Shown piece after piece: positions 14,025 through 22,180 of a stretch of 64,000 nt of DNA. The translations under genes were made by a program, and so were the position numbers. Every line of letters begins with the position of its first letter. The first letter of the stretch is position 1. Below the pieces are notes generated by a model that did not search any database, was not told where the DNA came from, and saw only the letters and a list, made by a program, of their open reading frames with translations. This DNA is from an uncultured Candidatus Saccharibacteria bacterium (GTDB lineage Bacteria; Patescibacteriota; Minisyncoccia; Phycocordibacterales; UBA2100), in assembly GCA_964623775.1 (NCBI GenBank), contig CAZUVH010000006.1, positions 4,256-68,255 of the forward strand. The letters are read 5' to 3'.

Positions 14025-14116
14025 ACATTTCAGCGCACGACCGATCAGGTACGGCGCTTTTTCTTTATCTAAAATATTCACGCAAAAATTCCGCTTTCGC
14101 GGAATCCTTGCATTTT

Positions 14117-14224
14117 CGTGTTGCGGGGGCAAGAACCCTGGGAAACCCACGGTTTTCCCAGACCTTCCTCCACGGGGAAACAAATGTTTCCCCGACCCCC
14201 TTCAATTCCAGCCCCCGCAACACG
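14117..14224. repeat. tRNA-associated structured repeat element, copy X: core with two hairpins, closed by arms that copy the 3' end of the adjacent tRNA-fMet
   Basis: 14117..14130 CGTGTTGCGGGGGC is identical to the tRNA 3' end region (plus strand); 14203..14224 is its 22-nt inverse complement. The core CTGGGAAACCCACGGTTTTCCCAG..CGGGGAAACAAATGTTTCCCCG is about 85% identical to the reverse complement of 37610..37680. Confidence 0.5.
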
Positions 14225-14274
14225 CTCTTAAAACAAAAACGCCTCCTTAAAGGAAGTGTTTTTGTCATTACGTG

Positions 14275-14346
14275 TTGCGGGGGCTGGAATTGCACCAGCG
14301 ACCTCCAGGTTATGAGCCTGGCGAGCTACTCCTGCTCCACCCCGCT
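14275..14346 (-). tRNA. tRNA-Met (initiator-like, anticodon CAU), no encoded CCA
   Basis: Reverse complement reads GCGGGGTGGAGCAGGAGTAGCTCGCCAGGCTCATAACCTGGAGGTCGCTGGTGCAATTCCAGCCCCCGCAACA, a near-match to E. coli tRNA-fMet including the three G-C pairs in the anticodon stem. Confidence 0.8.
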
Positions 14347-14460
14347 AGGACGCAATATACTCCAAAAGAGATGGAGTCGCAATTAAAACTGTCTCTGAAA
14401 ATGTCGCACTATGTATAATAATTATCGCATTGATTGACAATGAGCGCGTGAAAAGGAAGT

Positions 14461-16347
14461 ATGACCGCAGTGTTCCAAGAACAATTGGAAGGAAATATGG
14501 ACATGACAAAACAACAGAAGACCGGCGCAGAAAACGCGAGATGGGATCTCAGCTTCCTATATTCAGGAGTCGATGATCCGCAACTCGATCGTGATTTTAC
14601 GCAGTGGAAATCAATGGCGAAGCGCTTCAATGCAGCGTATCGCGGCATTCTCACGCACGAGCTAGGGAACGCAATCGCAGATTACGCGGCGCTTGTGGTG
14701 CTGAGCAATAAAATCGGTTACTACCTAATGTTTCTCCTCACGCTCGACACCGATGATAGTGCGGCGAAGCGCAAGAGGACCGAGATCGACCGAGGCTTCA
14801 ATCAGGTCAGTGGCGATTATCTCGAATTCTTCACGATCGAAATCGCGAATATGCCGCAGACTTCACTCGATGCATTGTATGCAAACGACTACAGGGTCGG
14901 TCAGCATCGTCCGTGGATCGAAAAAATCCGTCTTTTCCGGAAACATCAGTTGGGTGTAGAGGTGGAATCGGCGCTTACCAAGCGAGGCGAGTTCGGTGCC
15001 GGTGCATGGTCGGAATTTTTCGACGAGCTCGAATCCGATCTGCACTTCTCCTATCACGACAAGGAAGGGAAGCTCGAAGAAATTCTGCATGACATGACCG
15101 TGTCGAAAGATGCAGAAGATCGCGCAACGATACTGAAAATCGTCAACGATGGACTCAAGAAAAATTTCATCAAGTATTCGGCGCAGACGCTCAATATGGC
15201 GATTGGGCAAAAGGCGGTCGAAGACCATGAGCGCGGATTCGTGCACCCGATGGAGGCACGCAACAAAGAGAGTCTCATACCCGACGCCGTCGTCGAAGCG
15301 CTTCACGCATCTGTTATCAATGCGAGTCCTTTGGTCCATCGGTACTACAAATTGAAAGCAGCACATCTGGGGTTGGAAAAACTGCGCTGGAGTGATCGCA
15401 ATGCTCCGATGCCCTTTGAAGACACATCAGTAGTCTCATGGGACGATGCACTCAAAATAGTGATCGCTGCATATGAGAGCTTCAGCCCGACGCTCGCCGG
15501 ATTGATCCGTCAATTTGTCGACAAGAAATGGATCGATGCCCCCGTGACTCCGACGAAGCAGGGTGGTGCGTACAATGCCTCCGCGTATCTGCCGAATGGC
15601 ACTTTTGCGCTTACGACGATGAACTATCTTGGCTCGTCACGCGACGTCGCCACGTTGGCACACGAGCTTGGTCACGGAGTGCATGGAATACTTGCCGGTG
15701 AAGCGCAGGGACCTCTCATGATGAGGGCGCCAATGGCGTATTGCGAAACAGCGTCTGTCTTCGGTGAAATGGTCACGTTCAACAACCTTAAAGCTGGACT
15801 TGCGCAGAAGGGCGATCCAAAGATGATGCTCGCGCTCGTCATGGGTAAACTCGACGACATGGTCAACACGGTCGTGCGGCAAATCGGCTTCTCCAATTTC
15901 GAGCGTCGTGCACATGCGATGGATAGCGCCACGATGACGCGCGGGAAAACCGATCGGCTCTCTGTCGAAGATTTCGACCGGATCTGGGCTGAGACTCGCA
16001 ATGAACTCTACGGTAAGCCGGGCGATGTGTTCACGTATGAAAATACAGAGCATCTCTGGTCGTATGTGGGTCACTTCCATCGTCCATTCTATGTGTATGC
16101 GTACGCATTCGGAGAACTTCTCACGCATTCGCTCTATGCCAAGAGGGGTGAATTCGGCGATCGCTTCGAGTCGCTCTATCTTGATCTGCTTCGATCCGGC
16201 GGCACGAAGGATGTCGTGGAGTTACTGAAGCCCTTCAATCTCGATCCGACCGATCCGGATTTCTGGAACGCCGGCATTGAAGTCAGTATCGGCGCATTTG
16301 TCAAAGAGGCAGAAGACCTCTCAAGGCAGATGGGCGTGAGTGTCTAG
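14461..16347 (+). CDS. pepF: Oligoendopeptidase F (M3B family)
   Basis: HELGHGVH zinc motif and a further downstream E; 628 aa with M3B-typical organisation. Confidence 0.8.
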   Translation: MTAVFQEQLEGNMDMTKQQKTGAENARWDLSFLYSGVDDPQLDRDFTQWKSMAKRFNAAYRGILTHELGNAIADYAALVVLSNKIGYYLMFLLTLDTDDSAAKRKRTEIDRGFNQVSGDYLEFFTIEIANMPQTSLDALYANDYRVGQHRPWIEKIRLFRKHQLGVEVESALTKRGEFGAGAWSEFFDELESDLHFSYHDKEGKLEEILHDMTVSKDAEDRATILKIVNDGLKKNFIKYSAQTLNMAIGQKAVEDHERGFVHPMEARNKESLIPDAVVEALHASVINASPLVHRYYKLKAAHLGLEKLRWSDRNAPMPFEDTSVVSWDDALKIVIAAYESFSPTLAGLIRQFVDKKWIDAPVTPTKQGGAYNASAYLPNGTFALTTMNYLGSSRDVATLAHELGHGVHGILAGEAQGPLMMRAPMAYCETASVFGEMVTFNNLKAGLAQKGDPKMMLALVMGKLDDMVNTVVRQIGFSNFERRAHAMDSATMTRGKTDRLSVEDFDRIWAETRNELYGKPGDVFTYENTEHLWSYVGHFHRPFYVYAYAFGELLTHSLYAKRGEFGDRFESLYLDLLRSGGTKDVVELLKPFNLDPTDPDFWNAGIEVSIGAFVKEAEDLSRQMGVSV

Positions 16348-16363
16348 AGATTATTCAATAATC

Positions 16364-16396
16364 CCCGCGAGCATGGGCTCGCGGGGCTCTTTTTTA
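16364..16396 (+). terminator. Rho-independent terminator after pepF
   Basis: CCCCGCGAGC-ATGG-GCTCGCGGGG stem followed by CTCTTTTTT. Confidence 0.6.
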
Positions 16397-16579
16397 GTCG
16401 GCAATGAAAGCGATGACGACCTGGGTCAGACTGAAGAATGCAATCGCGATGATCCCGTACAAAAAGCGATTCCAGTCGAATGACAGCACCCCATACGTGA
16501 CGGCATAGACGCAATACGTCGCTGCCAATATCCAGAGGCAGGAGTTGATGAGAAGCAACTTTTTCCAGATTGTTTTCAT
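16394..16579 (-). CDS. Small two-TM membrane protein (61 aa)
   Basis: Hydrophobic ORF with two predicted TM helices; weak support. Confidence 0.3.
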   Translation of the reverse strand: MKTIWKKLLLINSCLWILAATYCVYAVTYGVLSFDWNRFLYGIIAIAFFSLTQVVIAFIAD

Positions 16580-16597
16580 AGCGTAGAGATACTGTAA

Positions 16598-16852
16598 CTA
16601 TAGCAAAGTGTTCCTCAGTCTTTTACGAAGCTGCGCGTAAGCTCTACCTTTCAATTTTAATGCCGCTTCACGTAATCGAGCATCTTTCTCGACTTTATAT
16701 GCTTCGTAATAGAGTAGCTCAAGAGGTCTTCGAGGCCTGGTCGATTTCACATCGCCATCGTTATGTTCTTTCAGGCGTCGTTTAAGATCCGTAGTTGAGC
16801 CGATGTAGCTTTTCCCGTCACTCTTGCTGCGAATTACATATACGTAAAACAT
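16598..16852 (-). CDS. GIY-YIG nuclease family protein (small, YhbQ/UPF0213-like)
   Basis: YVYVIRSKSDGKSYIGSTTDLKRRLKEHN is a GIY-YIG motif in an 84-aa protein. Confidence 0.75.
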   Translation of the reverse strand: MFYVYVIRSKSDGKSYIGSTTDLKRRLKEHNDGDVKSTRPRRPLELLYYEAYKVEKDARLREAALKLKGRAYAQLRKRLRNTLL

Positions 16853-16863
16853 AACTGATTCAG

Positions 16864-16968
16864 GGTGTCAGGACACCACACCAATAGCTGTCACTTGTAA
16901 TCACATCTCAAAATACCATATGCACCGGCGTCTGATTCCGTTGAGAATTTCAACTATTGGTGTGGTGT
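16864..16968. mobile_element. MITE-like palindromic element, copy 1, inserted at the 3' end of tRNA-Met(CAU)
   Basis: Terminal inverted repeats ACACCACACCAATAGCTG (16873..) and CAACTATTGGTGTGGTGT (..16968); a flanking direct copy GGTGTCAGG (16864..16872) repeats the tRNA 3' end. The same repeat core CACACCAATAGCTG recurs at 33101..33208. Confidence 0.5.
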
Positions 16969-17039
16969 CAGGGGCGGGAGTCGAACCCGCGACCTTAGCG
17001 TTATGAATGCTATGCTCTAACCATCTGAGCTACCCTGAC
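16963..17039 (-). tRNA. tRNA-Met / Ile2 (anticodon CAU), CCA encoded
   Basis: Reverse complement GTCAGGGTAGCTCAGATGGTTAGAGCATAGCATTCATAACGCTAAGGTCGCGGGTTCGACTCCCGCCCCTGACACCA gives a cloverleaf with a CAU anticodon; elongator Met versus lysidine-modified Ile cannot be told apart by eye. Confidence 0.8.
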
Positions 17040-17195
17040 AAGTGAGCCGCAAAGTGAGAATTCAAGGATTCTCATTTTCGGCGAACGCCGTCAGGGCATG
17101 AGCTGGCGATTACCCTGACCCGTACCCCTAAATACTACTGATTTTTAGCCCGTAATCAAAGGCATGCAAGAAAAGGGACGCACCGAATGCGTCCC

Positions 17196-17816
17196 TTATG
17201 TGTGCACAAATATCAGATACAGACCCGCGGTGATTGAGAGGCCTCCACCGATACTGAGTATAAGTTTCAGATTTTCTCGAAGCCACGGGAGAAGGGAGAA
17301 CACTTTCACGAATCCTATCCACGTGAGGAGTCCGCCGATCGAAAACCCGAGCAAGATGAGATCCAGATGACCCTTAGCACTTTCTGCGTGTACACCGAAG
17401 TTCGTAAGTACGATGCCGACGAGCAGGAAATTTTGCGGCAGGACCGATCCGAGGAATGGGGTCAGGAACAAGCCCCTTTCTGCCACCGTATTTCGAAGTG
17501 CCGTAAAAATCAGAAACGTTCCCACTGCAATAAGTCCTACACCACGTACGACATGGCTTAGAAAGAATGTGCTCAGGAGCGCACCTGTGCCCGGCGATAA
17601 GAACTCAGCAATCTGGCTCCCAATGAGATACATGAGGACCATGAGAATGTCGCCCGTGACTCCGCCGAGCGCGACGATGATTGCCGCTTTCCATCCTCTG
17701 CTGACGAAGATGTGAATAGCCCAAATACCAAAGGGACCAAGAGGGACACTCACACAAAAGCCGGCGAGCATACCCAGTGCAAACTGCGACACGGGCTTCT
17801 CCCCACCTTGTTTCAA
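17196..17816 (-). CDS. LysE/RhtB-like small membrane transporter (putative)
   Basis: 206 aa with about 6 TM helices; size and topology are consistent with the LysE family, a weak call. Confidence 0.35.
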   Translation of the reverse strand: MKQGGEKPVSQFALGMLAGFCVSVPLGPFGIWAIHIFVSRGWKAAIIVALGGVTGDILMVLMYLIGSQIAEFLSPGTGALLSTFFLSHVVRGVGLIAVGTFLIFTALRNTVAERGLFLTPFLGSVLPQNFLLVGIVLTNFGVHAESAKGHLDLILLGFSIGGLLTWIGFVKVFSLLPWLRENLKLILSIGGGLSITAGLYLIFVHT

Positions 17817-17873
17817 GAATATTCGCTACTCAAAATGGTAGCACCTAATACATTCAGTCAAAACCACATTGCT

Positions 17874-19769
17874 TTACAGATTGCGATTGATCAATTTTTT
17901 AAACCTCGGATGTTTTAGGTGGCGTAGAGCCTTTGTCTCAATGCCGCGGATGAGCTCTTTGGTTCCTCCATAGACGTTCGCCACTTCTTCGAGCGTGCAA
18001 TCAGGTGCAAGAGGATACTTTTCCGCCTGTTCTTGGTTTAGTGCGCCCAACATCGCAAGAAAGAGCCGCTCCGCTCCATTGTATTTTTCTAGTTCGGTAT
18101 CTGTAAGGGGCTCTCGATCGGCCTTGTGTGCCTGCTCTAAGAGCTCAACAAAATGCATAGTACGGCCCGTGGCACTCGTCCCGCGTAATTTCTTGTCCTC
18201 CATTACGCTTCGCGCACGTCTCAACAAATCATCGATCGGCTCCTTCTCGAGAGTTTCTTCCGGAAGTGAAAAATAAAATCCGCCGTTGATGAGTGCCCGA
18301 ATATCAATCGGTTTACTGGGGATTATTCCGAATCGCATACAGAGAATAAGCTCCTCTCTGGGAGGTAACTGCGATATCGCTTCGTGTAAGAGCTCTGCGC
18401 GCTCCGTCTCAAGTGTTGCGTTTTCCGACGACTCAGAAAAAAGCGGGTTTCCGTTCAGATCAATACGCTCAGGTAATGCTTCCGCAAACGATTCATCAAG
18501 TGGATCAAAGCGACTTTGTATGAAGTATGTACGTTCAAATTTATCGAGCGATGCCTCTGTGGGTGGCCAAATCATTTCCTTTTCGTGCAGTGCCGCAGCA
18601 AGAACTCTCCGGTCACGAATTCCGGCCTCTTCCAGGGGTTTTTTCAATTTGTGATACTGGGAGCGGATTGTTGATGTGTGTGCAGGAAGATGGACCACTC
18701 GTCTTTTTTCGGCTATGAATCTGCGCATCCGAGACTCGGCATACATGAGCGCGACAGTACCGAAGGTCGCCCTCCCAGGCTCCCATTTGACAAAAGCTCT
18801 CGTCAATCCCATGAGTCCCTCTTGAAATATATCGTCAGGCTGAAGATCAGAGCCGCCCTGCCTTTTCCAAACACGAGCCTGTGCTCGCAATACGAGTCCC
18901 ACGTTCATCCGCACGGCTTCTTCCAGTGCTTTTGCGTCGCCATTTTTTGCGTTTGCGTATAGTGCCTCGCGATCTTCTTTCGTAATGTGTTTGCCGGAGT
19001 GTCGCTCGTACATTTCCCCCTTATCCCAAATATATTTTTGAGGAAAGAGCGTGAGTGTGGGTAATTCGCCGAGACGCGCCTTGAATTCGGGGGAGTCGGT
19101 AATGTCGGGATTGCCGCTATCAAAAGCATCGACGATCTTCTGGAGCTCCTCATCTATTTCCCGTGGCTCGTCAGGTGCGCCATCTTGTTTTTCGGCAGGA
19201 TTACGCCGCATCGTCTCTTTTTTTGATTCTTGTGGTGGAAATGGAAAGGCGTGTGGGTCAAACCGTGGTCGCTTTGGCAGTTCGTCCAAAATCCCTTGTG
19301 CAGACTCGTCGAGTGACGCCGTCCTTTCGGGGTCGACAAGTTCGATGGTGGGATCTTCGACCGGCGCCCCCGTCGGTAAGAGAGGAGTTTCGGGGTGCTG
19401 AATTTTTTCTTCATCCGGTATGAATCCGGCAGCCCGAAGTTTCTCCACGTCTTTTCGATGCTCAATGATGAGTAGGCCGTTTTCTTCCCAGGGAAAAATA
19501 CCGAGGTCGGTTAGATTTTCAAGAATCCTATCTTTTTGCTCAGCAGATATTAAAGGGACGACAAATTCGCGTCTATCCTGACGGTACAAGCCCCTGCTTG
19601 TAGCACCGGTTCTCGGAGCATTTCTAAATTCTTCCTGGAGATTGAGGACTGCCTGTCGCACCGCCTCAAAGTCTCCCTGGATCACCTCTGCCAGTTCTTC
19701 GAAATCAATCGTTCTATTCTTTTCGGCACCGCCTTCATTTGTTTTACTCAATGCGATCCGCTCCTTCAT
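17874..19769 (-). CDS. RNA polymerase sigma factor, sigma-70 family (RpoD-like) with a long N-terminal extension
   Basis: Region 2 DIFQEGLMGLTRAFVKWEP and region 4 LTLEEVANVYGGTKELIRGIETKALRHLKHP align to RpoD. Confidence 0.75.
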   Translation of the reverse strand: MKERIALSKTNEGGAEKNRTIDFEELAEVIQGDFEAVRQAVLNLQEEFRNAPRTGATSRGLYRQDRREFVVPLISAEQKDRILENLTDLGIFPWEENGLLIIEHRKDVEKLRAAGFIPDEEKIQHPETPLLPTGAPVEDPTIELVDPERTASLDESAQGILDELPKRPRFDPHAFPFPPQESKKETMRRNPAEKQDGAPDEPREIDEELQKIVDAFDSGNPDITDSPEFKARLGELPTLTLFPQKYIWDKGEMYERHSGKHITKEDREALYANAKNGDAKALEEAVRMNVGLVLRAQARVWKRQGGSDLQPDDIFQEGLMGLTRAFVKWEPGRATFGTVALMYAESRMRRFIAEKRRVVHLPAHTSTIRSQYHKLKKPLEEAGIRDRRVLAAALHEKEMIWPPTEASLDKFERTYFIQSRFDPLDESFAEALPERIDLNGNPLFSESSENATLETERAELLHEAISQLPPREELILCMRFGIIPSKPIDIRALINGGFYFSLPEETLEKEPIDDLLRRARSVMEDKKLRGTSATGRTMHFVELLEQAHKADREPLTDTELEKYNGAERLFLAMLGALNQEQAEKYPLAPDCTLEEVANVYGGTKELIRGIETKALRHLKHPRFKKLINRNL

Positions 19770-19787
19770 AGAGATGAGTATAGCAGT

Positions 19788-20519
19788 TTGGAGCTACTGT
19801 CTACTTGCGCGGTCAGTGTGGGCTTGCGCTCGGGAGGATGGGGAAATAGAGTGATTTCAGGAATAGTAGGGGAGGTTGCGGTGAGCACAGTTGTACCCGT
19901 GAGCGGCACATTTGCCGAGCGGCGAAGGATTCAGGAAGACGTCGCAGAAGGACTGCATAGTCTTGGATCTCGTGAAGGCACACGATTCTTTATGAATACA
20001 GTGCATTATCCGCCCTGGGATGAGAGCGACATCATAGTGGTTCCCGGCAAACTCAAGCTGGTTCAGAAAAGACCCGAAGAACCTGAGAAGATATACCGAA
20101 ATCAATATTTATCACCCGATTTTCTCGTTGTCCTCGAAAAACCTGATACGCAGTTATATCTCCTTCGTGATTTTCTTCCGAGTTATCGGGCCGAAGCGGG
20201 AACGGTCAAGGGTTTCCAGGTGCTCGCGGCAGTCGCGTTTGGTCTTGTCGTCTCTTCCATGCTCGCGGTGGGGTATGGGTTCGGGTGGTGGAGTTTCCTG
20301 TATGCTCTTGCGACGGCGATCATGATAGTTATGTATTTCGCGCATGAGTATAGATTGAAAGCGTGGTTCATCGGCATGTGGGGGGCGCTCTTCATCCGGC
20401 GACAAGTTTCGCTCGGTAGGAAATCGCTCGAGGAGTATTGGACACTGGTCGACCACCTCTCGCGCAGCGACGAGCCCGACGTAGCCATCGTCAATCGGAT
20501 GATCCTGAAATTCATTTAA
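19788..20519 (+). CDS. Hypothetical membrane protein
   Basis: 243-aa ORF with two to three TM helices in the C-terminal half; start uncertain. Confidence 0.4.
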   Translation: MELLSTCAVSVGLRSGGWGNRVISGIVGEVAVSTVVPVSGTFAERRRIQEDVAEGLHSLGSREGTRFFMNTVHYPPWDESDIIVVPGKLKLVQKRPEEPEKIYRNQYLSPDFLVVLEKPDTQLYLLRDFLPSYRAEAGTVKGFQVLAAVAFGLVVSSMLAVGYGFGWWSFLYALATAIMIVMYFAHEYRLKAWFIGMWGALFIRRQVSLGRKSLEEYWTLVDHLSRSDEPDVAIVNRMILKFI

Positions 20520-20525
20520 AACAAA

Positions 20526-20556
20526 GCACCTGGGAAAACCCCAGGTGCTTCCTTTG
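20526..20556. terminator. Bidirectional hairpin terminator between gene 19788..20519 (plus) and tRNA-Asp (minus)
   Basis: GCACCTGGG-AAAAC-CCCAGGTGC with a T-rich tract on both strands. Confidence 0.55.
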
Positions 20557-20843
20557 CGCGAGTGACGGGACTCGAACCCGCAGCCTCTTCCGTGCACGTT
20601 ATCCGCTATTTTCATAGTGGCATGGACTATATCTTCACCATAGAAGGAAATTCCGTAGGTGCTCCGGTATCTAGTCTCTACGGCGCCCCCAACTTAATTC
20701 AGAAGGGGTTCCCTCGGTATTCGCATATCCGTCAGATTGACGAACTTAGCCTTCACCGATATCCCAGAGAGTTTCAATCGGCCTTTTCGACAGAAAGCTG
20801 CACATCTACAGGGAAGTGCTCTAACCAATTGAGCTACACCCGC
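20557..20843 (-). tRNA. tRNA-Asp (GUC) interrupted by a group I intron in the anticodon loop; no encoded CCA
   Basis: Exon 1 20843..20808 (GCGGGTGTAGCTCAATTGGTTAGAGCACTTCCCTGT) and exon 2 20594..20557 (CACGGAAGAGGCTGCGGGTTCGAGTCCCGTCACTCGCG) splice to an anticodon loop CUGUCAC and a T-arm identical to E. coli tRNA-Asp. G73, C38 and G10 all fit Asp identity. Confidence 0.75.
20595..20807 (-). other. Group I intron (about 213 nt, IC3-like) inside tRNA-Asp
   Basis: 5' splice site after U and a terminal G; P7-like GTAGAGACTAGA..GAAGATATAGTCC closely resembles the Azoarcus and Tetrahymena P7 and guanosine-binding-site sequences. Confidence 0.7.
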
Positions 20844-21535
20844 ATTTGATACAGAGTCTGCATCGCCCTCTTGAATATACGACGTTTTCGAGGCAAGCAG
20901 AGGTCTGTAGCAGCCACATTATGATACATGAGTCTATAGAGTGCAAGGCTGTCGCGATGACTAAGTATCAGTTCGAACCCACTGCGATTACTTTTTTTCA
21001 CAATAAATCCCTTCTTAATCCCGTGTGTCTTCAGGGCATTATGTAACCCGACAAGGAAAGTATTACTTCCAGAAATGAAACGTGAAGAAAATACCCATCT
21101 TTCTTTGTCTCGATCTTTTGCCCAATGTTTTTTGAAATATACATTGCCATCCCCGTCAAAGTAGCCACGCACAAAATCACCGATATACTCGGCGGGAACC
21201 GGAGGAAAAAGTATTATTTTTGATTTATTTTGCGAAAATCCACGAGCTTTCAAGTCCGCGAACATCTTTAAGCTACCGAATTGTATCCGGTATGCGGGCT
21301 TCCACTTCTCATTCATCTCATTTAGTTTTCTCACTCCAATGCGATGGCTCGATTTAAATGCATTACGAACGTGCGTGATCAGGATCTTGTCGGTGCTGTG
21401 GAATTCAATAAAATGTGCGCCGCGATTATTTTTGATCATTGCTCCGTCCGCGGCAAAATAGCCGAGCACATATGCCATCCGAGACGACCAGGTGCTAAAA
21501 AAATCGTGATCAACTTCTTTAAAAACAGGTGCCAC
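20834..21535 (-). CDS. LAGLIDADG homing endonuclease (double-motif), free-standing; its last 10 nt overlap the tRNA-Asp 5' end
   Basis: Motifs YVLGYFAADGAMI and VRGYFDGDGNVY; the stop codon TAG sits inside the tRNA acceptor-stem sequence GCGGGTGTAG. Confidence 0.8.
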   Translation of the reverse strand: MAPVFKEVDHDFFSTWSSRMAYVLGYFAADGAMIKNNRGAHFIEFHSTDKILITHVRNAFKSSHRIGVRKLNEMNEKWKPAYRIQFGSLKMFADLKARGFSQNKSKIILFPPVPAEYIGDFVRGYFDGDGNVYFKKHWAKDRDKERWVFSSRFISGSNTFLVGLHNALKTHGIKKGFIVKKSNRSGFELILSHRDSLALYRLMYHNVAATDLCLPRKRRIFKRAMQTLYQMRV

Positions 21536-21610
21536 AGATACAGTTTACCGCATGACAGTGCGTGTGTATAACCAAGGATAGTTGCATCTGCAACATAGTA
21601 TACTAATCGC

Positions 21611-22171
21611 ATGTCAGAAAAGCACAGTATTAATCTGAAGATAGGGGGTGAAAAGCCCATGTCGACACCAGAGCAGCAAAATACTCTTGAAGTGAAGAAG
21701 GTTACCCACGAAGAATTTCCCAAATTGGCGCGTCAGATCCGGGGCCTCGGCCGCAACGCACTTGATACCCATGAAGGAACGGGATTTTCCGAACGAGAGG
21801 AAGACGTACAAGATCTTGATCGTAAGTATTTGGAAGCCGCCAAACATGGCGATTTGTATGTGGGGGTAAAGAACGATGTCGTGATCGCGTTTGTCGCCCT
21901 CAAGAAAACAGGGGATGGGGCGGGGAAGAAAGCGATCATCGAGCAGATACGGTATGCGGCGGGTATGCACAGGCCGGATCGAATTGTTGGAGATATTCTT
22001 ATGCACATAAAGTCCGATCTCGAACACAAGGGGATTTACCATACTGAGATCGAGACGGAGGGCGGACACCACAATCTCGACAATGTAGAAGGGGCGGCGT
22101 GGTTTCAAAAAATGTTTGAGATCACGGATTCAAAGGCGGCAAATGCGCACGATCTCGATGCGCACGTGTAG
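21611..22171 (+). CDS. Hypothetical protein (possibly GNAT-like)
   Basis: 186-aa ORF with no firm motif. Confidence 0.35.
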   Translation: MSEKHSINLKIGGEKPMSTPEQQNTLEVKKVTHEEFPKLARQIRGLGRNALDTHEGTGFSEREEDVQDLDRKYLEAAKHGDLYVGVKNDVVIAFVALKKTGDGAGKKAIIEQIRYAAGMHRPDRIVGDILMHIKSDLEHKGIYHTEIETEGGHHNLDNVEGAAWFQKMFEITDSKAANAHDLDAHV

Positions 22172-22180
22172 AATGCATGT

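Noticed and set aside
14000-14386. ORFs 14000..14386 and 14017..14250 on the plus strand
   Set aside because: They span the structured repeat element and the minus-strand tRNA-fMet; the translations are low-complexity and the region is better explained as RNA or repeat.
20562-20849. 95-aa ORF on the plus strand opposite tRNA-Asp
   Set aside because: It lies entirely within the tRNA exons and group I intron on the other strand; no motifs.
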